This document shows, one piece after another, positions 50,013 through 58,622 of a stretch of DNA of 64,000 nucleotides. Numbering within the stretch: position 1 is the first letter of the stretch; each line of letters begins with the position of its first letter. The DNA comes from an uncultured delta proteobacterium (lineage in GTDB: Bacteria; Desulfobacterota; Desulfobacteria; Desulfobacterales; QNYZ01): the NCBI GenBank assembly GCA_963783425.1, contig CAWANO010000010.1:613472-677471 (forward strand), given 5' to 3'. Under the pieces are notes generated by a model, which did no database searches, was not told the DNA's origin, and saw only the letters and a program-made list of their open reading frames with translations. The position numbers and the translations under genes were made by a program.

Positions 50013-50993
50013 ATGTCCGAATTCAATCCCATCATTCTTTTGGCGGGCGTGGTTGTGGGGGCGGCGCCGATTTTGCTGGCCGCCATGGGCGAGACCTTGA
50101 CCGAAAAAGCGGGCGTCATCAACCTCTCTCTGGACGGCACTATATTGCTCAGTGCCATGGCCGCCTTTGCGGTCAGCTTCAATAGTGGCAGCCTCTGGCT
50201 GGGCTTTGGCACGGGCGCCGTGGTGGGCGCGGCCGTGGCGGCCCTGGTGGCACTCTTTAGCATCCATCTGGGTCAGTCCCAGGTGGCGGTCGGATTCGTG
50301 CTGACCTTGATGACCCGTGACCTGGCCTATTTTCTGGGCAACGCCTATGCTCGTCAAAGCGGGCCGCAAACACTGCCCATGCCGATCCCCGGGCTGGAGT
50401 CGCTGCCGGTGCTGGGTCCCATATTATTCCAACACCCGCTACCCATTTACCTCAGCCTGCTGAGCTTTATGGCCTGCTGGTGGTATCTTTATCATACGGC
50501 TGCGGGCCTATCTTTGATGGCGGTCGGTGAAAATCCGGCCGCCGCCTTTGCCCGCGGCATCTCGCCGGCGCGGGTGCAATTCTGGTATACCGTGATGGGC
50601 GGGGTACTGGTGGGATTGGCCGGGGCCACCTTTTCGCTCTGCGTCAAACCGGGTTGGGGTCGCCCCCAAGGCGCTGAAGGTACCGGCTGGATCGCTCTGG
50701 CGCTGGTCATTTTTGGCGGGTGGCACCCGCTGCGGGTGGCTTTCGGCGCCTACCTTTTCGCATTTTTACAAGTGATGGGGATCTATTTTCAAGGCTGGTT
50801 TCCATCGGTGCCGGCCCAGGTGTTCCAAGTGGCGCCTTTTCCGCTGATGATCTTTACGCTGCTCTTGATCTCGGCTCTGCAGCGTGATGCCGTACAGCGA
50901 AAGCTGGCCTGCAACCCGGGATGGCGCCGGGTGCTGCAGGTGCTGGCCGGCAAGGCACCCGACGCCTTAGGGCGGCCTTATGTGGCGCAATAA
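50013..50993 (+). CDS. ABC transporter permease
   Basis: The ATG at 50013 lies 2 nt after the upstream stop. 'LAAMGETLTEKAGVINLSLDGTILL' is the family motif. Confidence 0.85.
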   Translation: MSEFNPIILLAGVVVGAAPILLAAMGETLTEKAGVINLSLDGTILLSAMAAFAVSFNSGSLWLGFGTGAVVGAAVAALVALFSIHLGQSQVAVGFVLTLMTRDLAYFLGNAYARQSGPQTLPMPIPGLESLPVLGPILFQHPLPIYLSLLSFMACWWYLYHTAAGLSLMAVGENPAAAFARGISPARVQFWYTVMGGVLVGLAGATFSLCVKPGWGRPQGAEGTGWIALALVIFGGWHPLRVAFGAYLFAFLQVMGIYFQGWFPSVPAQVFQVAPFPLMIFTLLLISALQRDAVQRKLACNPGWRRVLQVLAGKAPDALGRPYVAQ

Positions 50994-51214
50994 CCGGTTT
51001 CCGGTCCTGCTTGAGTCGCCTTTTGCATGGCCTCACGGAAAGAGAAATCGCGGCCAGGACAATTTGCCCGGATCATTGAAAATCGGCAAGGGATTTGATA
51101 CTTTATACGCGTGGAAAGCGTTTCGTTGTCAATAACGGGCCTTATCGACGATCACAAACAGTGAGCCATCCCGATTAGAATCTTGGCGGCCCGAACCGAC
51201 AGGGTTGAAACACC

Positions 51215-54200
51215 TTGACCATTAAATCCAAAGCGTTGACCGAGAACCTGATGGAGCACCAGGTTCTCGTGTCGATCGACCCCAAATATCTGCCCCTGCA
51301 AGCGGTGTTGTCCAAGTATTACGGGATTATGGAGGGGGCCAACAACTTCCTGACCGAACTTTCCCACCCCTATCGCAACTGGCAGTTTATCGTACAGGAG
51401 TCGCGCAGCTACGCGCTGGACTATTTCCACCTTTTCGTCTCCCATCCATTAGGCCCGGAAGCGGCAACCTTGTTCGTGGACATCTATTTCGAGGCCCTGG
51501 CCAAAAGCGCCCAAGAGGCGGTCAGAGAGGATGCCTGCAACCACCTGCTGCTCTTTTTGCAGAAGATGATTCGCAGCGCCGGGGAGAATTTTCCGCGCTT
51601 TAAGCCGGTGCTGGACGCGGCCTTCGAGCGCATCTCGCACCAGCCGGAGAACGCCTTTTTTCTCTTTGTGCGTGGCTACTATCAAATCAAGCGGCTGGCC
51701 GAGGCGTACCTTGCCGCCAGCCAGCGCAGCCCTCAGGGGTATGCGGCCATCAACACGCTTTTAGCGCGATACTACCGGCAAACCTATGCCTATTGGCGCG
51801 CCGAGGAGGATCCGGGAAATTGGTTCAGCCGGCGCCGTAATGACAGCGAAGGCCTTACCGCCCGGGAGGCGTTTTTCAAGCCGGTCTCTCACGAGCGGCT
51901 GGCGGCGGCTCAGCGCCGTCTGGCGGCGATTGAAAAGCAGGCCGAGGCACCAACGTTACAACGGCTTGAGCAGCTGCTGACCCTGCCCAGCTTCGGTCAG
52001 ATCGTGGAGGCTTACCGGCGCATCCCCGGTCACCTGGCCGCGCTTGGTCAGCAAAGCGGCAAAGGCAATCAGTGGAAAGCGATCTTTCTGTTCCATATCA
52101 TGAACATCTCCGGTTTGGCCGTTATCCACGAAGAGGCCCTGCGGGAGATCAACCGCACCCTGAGCTGGCTAATCGCCCACGAACCTTATCGCAACGTGCG
52201 CCTGCTGATCGAAAACACCTTCGCGATACTCAAATCGCGGGCCGACCAGTTTCCCACAACCGCCCTCAGTTGCGTGCAAAACATGGGCATGGGGGTTTAC
52301 AAGACCGACGAGCGCGATCTGGTGAACGTCTTCATCGATGAGATTATCGACCTGGGATTTCAGGTACCGCGCATCGGCGGCGTGGGCGATGACTGGCAGA
52401 TCAAGTCCAACAGCGCTCACCTCCTCAACATCCGCGCCTGGCTGGAGTTGATCAAACTCAACCCGCGCTGGTCGTTGCGGCTGCTTTCGGGCCTGATCAT
52501 CCACCTGGCCGTGGCGGGTGTGCTCATCAAAGACACCGACCTTTTTTTCCGTGATATCACCGAATTGCTCAACAGCCGCATCGATCCGGTCTATAACCAG
52601 ATCAAGCAGTTGATGCGCCTGCTGCCGGTATTTTTTAACGATATCGGCGCCGAGGGTGACCTGCGCGACATCTCCACCGAAATCGACGAGTTGACCCAGC
52701 GCAAGGACATCTTAATCCACTTTCTGCGCAAACAGAGCCACGTCGAAAGCAGCAACCGCACCCTGAGCCTGATCATGGGGGTGATCGAGTTTTGGCGCAC
52801 GGGGGAAAAGGCGCCCCTGGCGGCCATGGTGCCGCCCCGGGTCTTTGAGCAGATCCGCACGCGCGGCCGTTACATCGACGGCGTGCGCCGTGCACTGCGG
52901 CACATGGAATCCCAAGGCATACACCTGCCCGATGACCTGCTGACCAGAGAGGCGGCGCAGATCGAGGCCTTGCTCGGGCAGGCCGAAGGTGTCGGTGTTC
53001 AGGATGCGCGGCGGGTGGTGTTGCTGGCCACCTTTTACAAGCTGCTCGACCAGAAATACAGCCTGGGCTTTGCGCGTCTAAACGCCTATGTGGACCAGCT
53101 CAAACCTGAGGTTTCCATCCATCTTGGCCGACTTAAAAAGGCGCTGAAGATTTCAGACACGCGACCGCGACTGGTGGCCATGCTCGAGTATCTGGAGCTG
53201 CTCAAAGAGATGATCCTCTCCGAGGAGCACTTCGAGGTGCGCGAAGACATTTACAAAAAACGCCACTTCGCCATCGACATCCCCTCCATGTATGGCAGCT
53301 ACCATGAACGCAAGTTCGATGCCATGGGGCTGATGCTGCGCCTGGAGAGCCAGGTCAATGTGCTCTTCGAAACGCTGGTGGCGGAGATTGATTTGAAATT
53401 GATCACGCGGGCCACCTTTTACGACATTCATGCCGTCTTGAGCCTTTTCGCCCGGGCCCTGCGCTGTGACGGCATGCCGGTGGTGGAATTCGAGCGCCTG
53501 CTCAGTTTCCTCTACCACTCCCTGCAAGTGACCGGTTTTACCTTCACCCAGTACCTGGATATATTCAAAGGGTTCGCCCGGGCGGTCCGCAACATCATCA
53601 ACGACTGCTTTCACAACATTCACGAGCAGAACCTGGCCAAAATTCTGGCCACGCTGCCCCGTTCCGAATGGCTGCCGAAATATCAGGATTTCGGCCCGCA
53701 ACGGTCCGACGATGAGAAAGCACGCCATCGCGTCTCGGAGATTTTTTTCCGCGATCGCATCGCCGCCACCCTGGGGCTTCAGCAGCTGGACCAGTTCCTG
53801 ACCCGGATTTTAAACACGCTATACCACCAGTTTCAGGAGTTGCCGCGCGCCAAGAGCCGCGAACTGCTGCGCTACGACCACCAGCGCGCCGTGGCCCCTT
53901 TGAACAAGGTCGATGCCCGCATTCCCGGCATCATCCACCTGGGCAACAAGGGTTACAACCTGGTCAAGTTGCTCGAAAACGACATTCCCGTGCCGCCGGG
54001 TTTCATCATTACCACCGAGGTGTTCAAATACCGCGAGATCATCAAGGCCTACCCCCCCGCACTGGAGGACCTCAAGGCGCAAATGCTGCATCACATCAAG
54101 GGGTTGGAGGGCAAGCTCAACAAGCGCTTCGGCGATCCCGAACATCCGCTGCTCTTTTCGGTGCGTAGCGGCGCCTCCATTTCGCAGCCCGGGATGATGG

Positions 54201-55399
54201 ACACTTTTTTAAATGTCGGCATGAACGAACAGATCGCCCGCGGCCTGGCCGCCCAGACCCGCAATGTCTGGTTCGCTTGGGACAACTACCGCCGCTACCT
54301 GCAGTGCTACGGCATGTCGCTGGGCATGACTCGCGACCACTTCGATTCGATCATCAGAGGCTACAAGGGCCAGCTGAAAATCCCCCTGAAACGCTTCATG
54401 ACCGGCGAGCAGATGCAAACCTTGGCTCTCAAGTACAAAGAGAGCATCGAGGCGGCCGGGCACAAGGTGCTCGAAGAACCGCTGGATCAGCTCTTTATGG
54501 CCATCGAATGCGTGTTTGATTCGTGGTACAGCGCCAAGGCCAACACCTACCGCCGTATCATGGACATCTCCGACGACTGGGGCACAGCGGTCACCGTTCA
54601 GCATATGGTCTACGGCAACCTTTCCCGGCAATCCGGCTCGGGTGTGGTGATGACCCACAACCCCCGCTGGGCAGGTGACACCCTGCGCTTGTGGGGCGAT
54701 TTTACGATCGGTAACCAGGGCGAAGACGTGGTGGCGGGGCTGGTGAGCACGCTGCCTATCTCCATCACCCAGCAAGAGATCGAGATGCGTGACACCGACA
54801 TCACGCTCGAAACCCACTTCCCGGAGATCTACGAGGCGCTCAGGCAGTGGGCGATCCTGCTGACCGAGCATCAGGGATGGAGCCCCCAGGAGATCGAGTT
54901 CACCTTCGAGGGCCCCAAGGCCTCCCAGCTATACGTGCTGCAGTGTCGTGATATGTCGGTGCGTGAGCACAAGATCGCGCGGCGCTTTCCCGAGGGTGCC
55001 CTAAAGATCGAAAATTTTCTGGGCAACGGCGTTGGCGTGAGCGGCGGCGCCATGAGCGGCCGGGCGGTCTTTGAACTAAAGGAGATCGAACGCTGGCATC
55101 AGGCTGAGCCCGACACCGACCTGATTTTGCTGCGTAACGACACCGTTCCCGACGATATTCGCGAAATATACGCCGCCGACGGGTTGCTCACGGCCCGGGG
55201 CGGCATGACCTCCCACGCCGCGGTGGTGGCCAACCGCCTGGGCAAGACCTGCGTGGTGGGGTGCGACAACCTCTTTTGCGACGAGGACCGGCACTGGTGC
55301 ACCCTCGGCGACCAGAAGATTCAATCGGGCGACTTTATCAGCATCGACGGCTACGGCGGCGCCGTCTATCGGGGCCGTGTGGCCGTGGATGGGGATTAA
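51215..55399 (+). CDS. large protein: ~890-aa unknown N-terminal region plus a PPDK-type ATP-grasp and phospho-histidine swivel domain, with no PEP/pyruvate-binding barrel
   Basis: From about nt 53900 it reads 'GNKGYNLVKLLENDIPVPPGF', 'LFSVRSGASISQPGMMDTFLNVGMN', 'YRRIMDISDDWGTAVTVQHMVYGN' and 'LLTARGGMTSHAAVVANRLGKTCVVGC'. The protein ends 63 aa after the TSH histidine. The start codon (TTG at 51215 or ATG at 51251) is uncertain. Confidence 0.7.
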   Translation: MTIKSKALTENLMEHQVLVSIDPKYLPLQAVLSKYYGIMEGANNFLTELSHPYRNWQFIVQESRSYALDYFHLFVSHPLGPEAATLFVDIYFEALAKSAQEAVREDACNHLLLFLQKMIRSAGENFPRFKPVLDAAFERISHQPENAFFLFVRGYYQIKRLAEAYLAASQRSPQGYAAINTLLARYYRQTYAYWRAEEDPGNWFSRRRNDSEGLTAREAFFKPVSHERLAAAQRRLAAIEKQAEAPTLQRLEQLLTLPSFGQIVEAYRRIPGHLAALGQQSGKGNQWKAIFLFHIMNISGLAVIHEEALREINRTLSWLIAHEPYRNVRLLIENTFAILKSRADQFPTTALSCVQNMGMGVYKTDERDLVNVFIDEIIDLGFQVPRIGGVGDDWQIKSNSAHLLNIRAWLELIKLNPRWSLRLLSGLIIHLAVAGVLIKDTDLFFRDITELLNSRIDPVYNQIKQLMRLLPVFFNDIGAEGDLRDISTEIDELTQRKDILIHFLRKQSHVESSNRTLSLIMGVIEFWRTGEKAPLAAMVPPRVFEQIRTRGRYIDGVRRALRHMESQGIHLPDDLLTREAAQIEALLGQAEGVGVQDARRVVLLATFYKLLDQKYSLGFARLNAYVDQLKPEVSIHLGRLKKALKISDTRPRLVAMLEYLELLKEMILSEEHFEVREDIYKKRHFAIDIPSMYGSYHERKFDAMGLMLRLESQVNVLFETLVAEIDLKLITRATFYDIHAVLSLFARALRCDGMPVVEFERLLSFLYHSLQVTGFTFTQYLDIFKGFARAVRNIINDCFHNIHEQNLAKILATLPRSEWLPKYQDFGPQRSDDEKARHRVSEIFFRDRIAATLGLQQLDQFLTRILNTLYHQFQELPRAKSRELLRYDHQRAVAPLNKVDARIPGIIHLGNKGYNLVKLLENDIPVPPGFIITTEVFKYREIIKAYPPALEDLKAQMLHHIKGLEGKLNKRFGDPEHPLLFSVRSGASISQPGMMDTFLNVGMNEQIARGLAAQTRNVWFAWDNYRRYLQCYGMSLGMTRDHFDSIIRGYKGQLKIPLKRFMTGEQMQTLALKYKESIEAAGHKVLEEPLDQLFMAIECVFDSWYSAKANTYRRIMDISDDWGTAVTVQHMVYGNLSRQSGSGVVMTHNPRWAGDTLRLWGDFTIGNQGEDVVAGLVSTLPISITQQEIEMRDTDITLETHFPEIYEALRQWAILLTEHQGWSPQEIEFTFEGPKASQLYVLQCRDMSVREHKIARRFPEGALKIENFLGNGVGVSGGAMSGRAVFELKEIERWHQAEPDTDLILLRNDTVPDDIREIYAADGLLTARGGMTSHAAVVANRLGKTCVVGCDNLFCDEDRHWCTLGDQKIQSGDFISIDGYGGAVYRGRVAVDGD

Positions 55400-55472
55400 C
55401 GATTGATGGCAAGGCCATCGTAACCACCGGGGGACGGCGCCCGTTGGCGCGGCCACCGGCCAAGGAGGACTC

Positions 55473-56735
55473 ATGGCAGCTCCAGAGTTGAACTTCAGTG
55501 AACTCAAATTGGGCATCAACGGTCTAGGCCGCATTGGCAAGCTGACCCTCTGGCACCATGTGGGGCGTAAATTTTTCAAGCAGATCGTGGTCAACCTGGG
55601 GCGTCCGGCCGGTCGCTCCCTGCACGACATCGCCTATCACTACATCGAGCGCGACTCCACCTATGGCCGCTTGGGTGGCTATCTCTATGGATTCCGTTCC
55701 AAGCCGGTTATCAGTGACATCGATGAGGCGGCCGGTACCATGCAAATCGACGGGGTTTTGGTCAAATTTCTACTCAAGCACCGCAATCCGCGGGAGATCG
55801 GCTGGCAGAAAGAGGATGTGCGTCTTGTGGTGGACACCACCGGCCGCTTTCTCGATCCCAGCTTGCCGCCCGAGCAGGCCGGTGGCGCGGTGCGCGGCCA
55901 CCTGGAGGCCGGGGCTGAAAAAGTGGTGTTGTCGGCACCCTTTAAAATGGCCGATCAAGCCAGCCTGCCCGAAGACGCCATCACCACCGTGATGGGCATC
56001 AACGACAGCAGTTACGATCCACGCCACCACCGCATCATCTCCAACGCCTCCTGCACCACCACCTGCCTGGCCCAAATGATCAAGCCGCTGTTGAACGTGT
56101 TCGGCCCGCAGAAGATTCTCTCGGCCTCGATGGCCACCGTGCATGCGGCCACCAGCTCCCAGGCCGTACTGGATCGGTTGCCCAAGGCCGGAAAAGAGGA
56201 CCTGCGTAAAAACCGCAGCACCATGAACAACATCATTCTCACCACCACCGGCGCGGCCAAGGCGTTGCGGCTGGTGATCCCCGAGATGGCCGAGATCGGC
56301 TTCATCGCCGAGTCGGTGCGGGTGCCGACGGTCTCCGGTTCGCTGATTATTCTGGTGGTCAACCTGCAGGACGATCCTTCCGGCCAGTCCATCCGCCGCA
56401 ACATGATCAACGATATCTACCGCGACGCCGTGGCGGCCGATACCAATGGATACCTGATCTTTTCAGAGCGGCAGAACGTCTCCAGTGACATTGTGGGGTT
56501 GCCGCGGGCGGCAGCCATCATTGAAGGCAGCGAAACCCACACCCGCACGGCTGAGGTAAGGATCGATCTGGTCAATGTGCCCGGCATCGATCCGGAGCTG
56601 GTGGCCCGTTTCTCGGATACGGTCATCCGCACACCGGTGACCCAGGCCGTCATTTACGGCTGGTACGACAATGAGCTGGGCAGCTATGTCAATATGTTGG
56701 GAGACCGGGTGGTGAGCGTTGCTGAAAATATGTAG
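55473..56735 (+). CDS. glyceraldehyde-3-phosphate-dehydrogenase-like oxidoreductase, long (420 aa) variant
   Basis: AGGAGG RBS lies upstream. It has 'LGINGLGRIGK', the catalytic 'SNASCTTTCLA', and 'YDNELGY'-like 'WYDNELGSY'. Several insertions are present relative to canonical ~335-aa GAPDH. Confidence 0.8.
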   Translation: MAAPELNFSELKLGINGLGRIGKLTLWHHVGRKFFKQIVVNLGRPAGRSLHDIAYHYIERDSTYGRLGGYLYGFRSKPVISDIDEAAGTMQIDGVLVKFLLKHRNPREIGWQKEDVRLVVDTTGRFLDPSLPPEQAGGAVRGHLEAGAEKVVLSAPFKMADQASLPEDAITTVMGINDSSYDPRHHRIISNASCTTTCLAQMIKPLLNVFGPQKILSASMATVHAATSSQAVLDRLPKAGKEDLRKNRSTMNNIILTTTGAAKALRLVIPEMAEIGFIAESVRVPTVSGSLIILVVNLQDDPSGQSIRRNMINDIYRDAVAADTNGYLIFSERQNVSSDIVGLPRAAAIIEGSETHTRTAEVRIDLVNVPGIDPELVARFSDTVIRTPVTQAVIYGWYDNELGSYVNMLGDRVVSVAENM

Positions 56736-56755
56736 CGGCGCCCCGTGGCGCATCT

Positions 56756-57622
56756 TTAGGGAGACGGCGGTTTCAAGGCGTTGAAAAGGGCGTTGCTGAG
56801 GTGCACAAATTCAACGGCCTCCAGGGTTTCGGCCCGGCGGCGAGGATCAATTCCGGCCGCGGCCAGGGCGCTTTGCACGGCCGCCGGGGTGGGTTTTAAA
56901 AAGCTGCCCGCCAAGGCGTTTTTAAGCGTCTTGCGGCGTTGGGCGAAAGCGGCCTTGATGGTTTGGAAAAGGAAAGTTTCGTCGACGGCCGCTACCACCG
57001 GAGCATTGCGAAAACGTATTTCAACCACGCTGGAGTCGATCTTGGGGCGTGGGAAAAAGTGGCGGGCGGGATAATCCTTGAGTGTTTTTACCCGGGCGCA
57101 GTAGCCCAGCATGGCCGTCAGGCGCCCGTAGGTTTTTCCGCCGGGCGGGGCTACCAACCGTTCGGCCATCTCCTTCTGGAACATCATAATGGCCCGCTCG
57201 ACACTGGCGCGCTGTTCGATCAACGACACCAATATCTGCGATGACAGGTGGTAGGGCAGGTTGCCCATCACCACCAGCGGCCTGCCGGCCTCGTTTTCAA
57301 ATGGTGCCAGGCGCATACCCAAAAAATCTGCCTTGACCACCGCTACATGGGCCACGCCCGCCAGCGCCAATTCCGATTTTAACAGCTCGATGAGACGGCC
57401 GTCGGTCTCAACGGCCCACACACGGCGTGCCACGCCGGCGATTGCCACAGTGAGCATACCGAGGCCGGCGCCGATTTCCAGCACGGCGTCGGTGGGCTCA
57501 AGGCGGGCCAGTTGAGCCATCTGACGGGCCTGTCCGGGCTCTGTCAGAAAGTTCTGGCCCAGCTGTTTTTTGGCCATCAGCCGATGGGCTTTGAGCAATG
57601 TGTGTGGCAACGTCATTCCCAC
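56756..57622 (-). CDS. rsmA: 16S rRNA (adenine1518/1519-N6)-dimethyltransferase
   Basis: It has 'AKKQLGQNFL', the SAM motif 'VLEIGAGLGMLT' and 'VMGNLPYHLSS'. Confidence 0.9.
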   Translation of the reverse strand: MGMTLPHTLLKAHRLMAKKQLGQNFLTEPGQARQMAQLARLEPTDAVLEIGAGLGMLTVAIAGVARRVWAVETDGRLIELLKSELALAGVAHVAVVKADFLGMRLAPFENEAGRPLVVMGNLPYHLSSQILVSLIEQRASVERAIMMFQKEMAERLVAPPGGKTYGRLTAMLGYCARVKTLKDYPARHFFPRPKIDSSVVEIRFRNAPVVAAVDETFLFQTIKAAFAQRRKTLKNALAGSFLKPTPAAVQSALAAAGIDPRRRAETLEAVEFVHLSNALFNALKPPSP

Positions 57623-57864
57623 CCCCGGTTGGTTCCAAACCTATCATAATTCAATCTGAACCGGATTCACAAGCTTGTCGACCGCCATGTTTTCTAGCTG
57701 TATGGAAATAATGTGTATTTCGTCTTGACATTTTTTTGCTCAATCAATAGTTTAGTACATTGCAATGGTATACTTTCAAATAGAAAACGACAAGGTGACA
57801 CTTTGGCCGGCCGGTCGATGGACGTGGTGCGGCCCTTATATACCCCATAAACCAGGAGGTACAC

Positions 57865-58248
57865 ATGACCCGACGTAAATCAAAGGGCGTCAGCTTCGAC
57901 GCCATGGTAAAATTTTTTATGAAAACCTATGAAATCCCCACCCGTAAAGATGTGGAACAGCTCAACACCCGTCTCGATCGCATTGAAAAGCTGTTGCGGC
58001 GGGCCGCCTTCGCCCCCGGTGTGCGTAGCGTTGCCACCACCGGAAAAAGTGGCCGCATCAAGGCTGTGCTGACGGCCACCGACATCGTTCTTGAAGTGAT
58101 TCGCAACAACAAAGAGGGGCTCGGTTTTAAGGAAATTCAAGCCGCCACCGGCTTCGAGGACAAGAAAATCCGCAACATCATCTACCGGCTCGACAAGATC
58201 GGCAAGATTGAGCGCAAAGGGCGCGGTATCTACGTTCCAGTCGAATAG
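57865..58248 (+). CDS. hypothetical protein (phasin-like N-terminal helix plus C-terminal winged-helix-like segment)
   Basis: AGGAGG RBS lies upstream. 'PTRKDVEQLNTRLDRIEKLL' resembles PHA-granule-associated protein helices. 'GLGFKEIQAATGFEDKKIRNIIYRLDKIGKIERKGRG' looks like a wHTH. Confidence 0.45.
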   Translation: MTRRKSKGVSFDAMVKFFMKTYEIPTRKDVEQLNTRLDRIEKLLRRAAFAPGVRSVATTGKSGRIKAVLTATDIVLEVIRNNKEGLGFKEIQAATGFEDKKIRNIIYRLDKIGKIERKGRGIYVPVE

Positions 58249-58622
58249 TCGCGGTTGGGCAAGTGGTTTCACCAAAGGCCCTGGCGGATGCAGTCTAATC
58301 TCCGAGGCATTATCTGGTGAACCCTACACTACGTTGTACCGCTGAGCAGGGGCGCCTTAACTGGCGCCCTTTGCAGTGCGGACCGGCCAGGTCTCCTGTT
58401 GTAAGTTGCAGCGGCAAATCCAGCCAAGCAAATATTTGACGTCCCGATTTCCCGCCTTAAATTCGGCTATTAGCCATCAAGGTCAGTTTTCAGTTGCCCC
58501 AGGGCCGGTTGGCCTCGATTGATGCGGCCGGCCCTGGTGACGGTGGCCGAAAAAGGTGCCCCCGCAACGGAAACCGGGCCTAACCAAACCTCCTTAATGC
58601 AAGATCAACAATCGGACCCTAA

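Noticed and set aside
58380-58440. Resemblance of 'CCAGGTC...GCAGC...CAGCCAAGCA' to the SRP (4.5S) RNA domain IV
   Set aside because: The conserved GGAA/AGCA symmetric-loop motifs and the closing helix are not present. The similarity is superficial.
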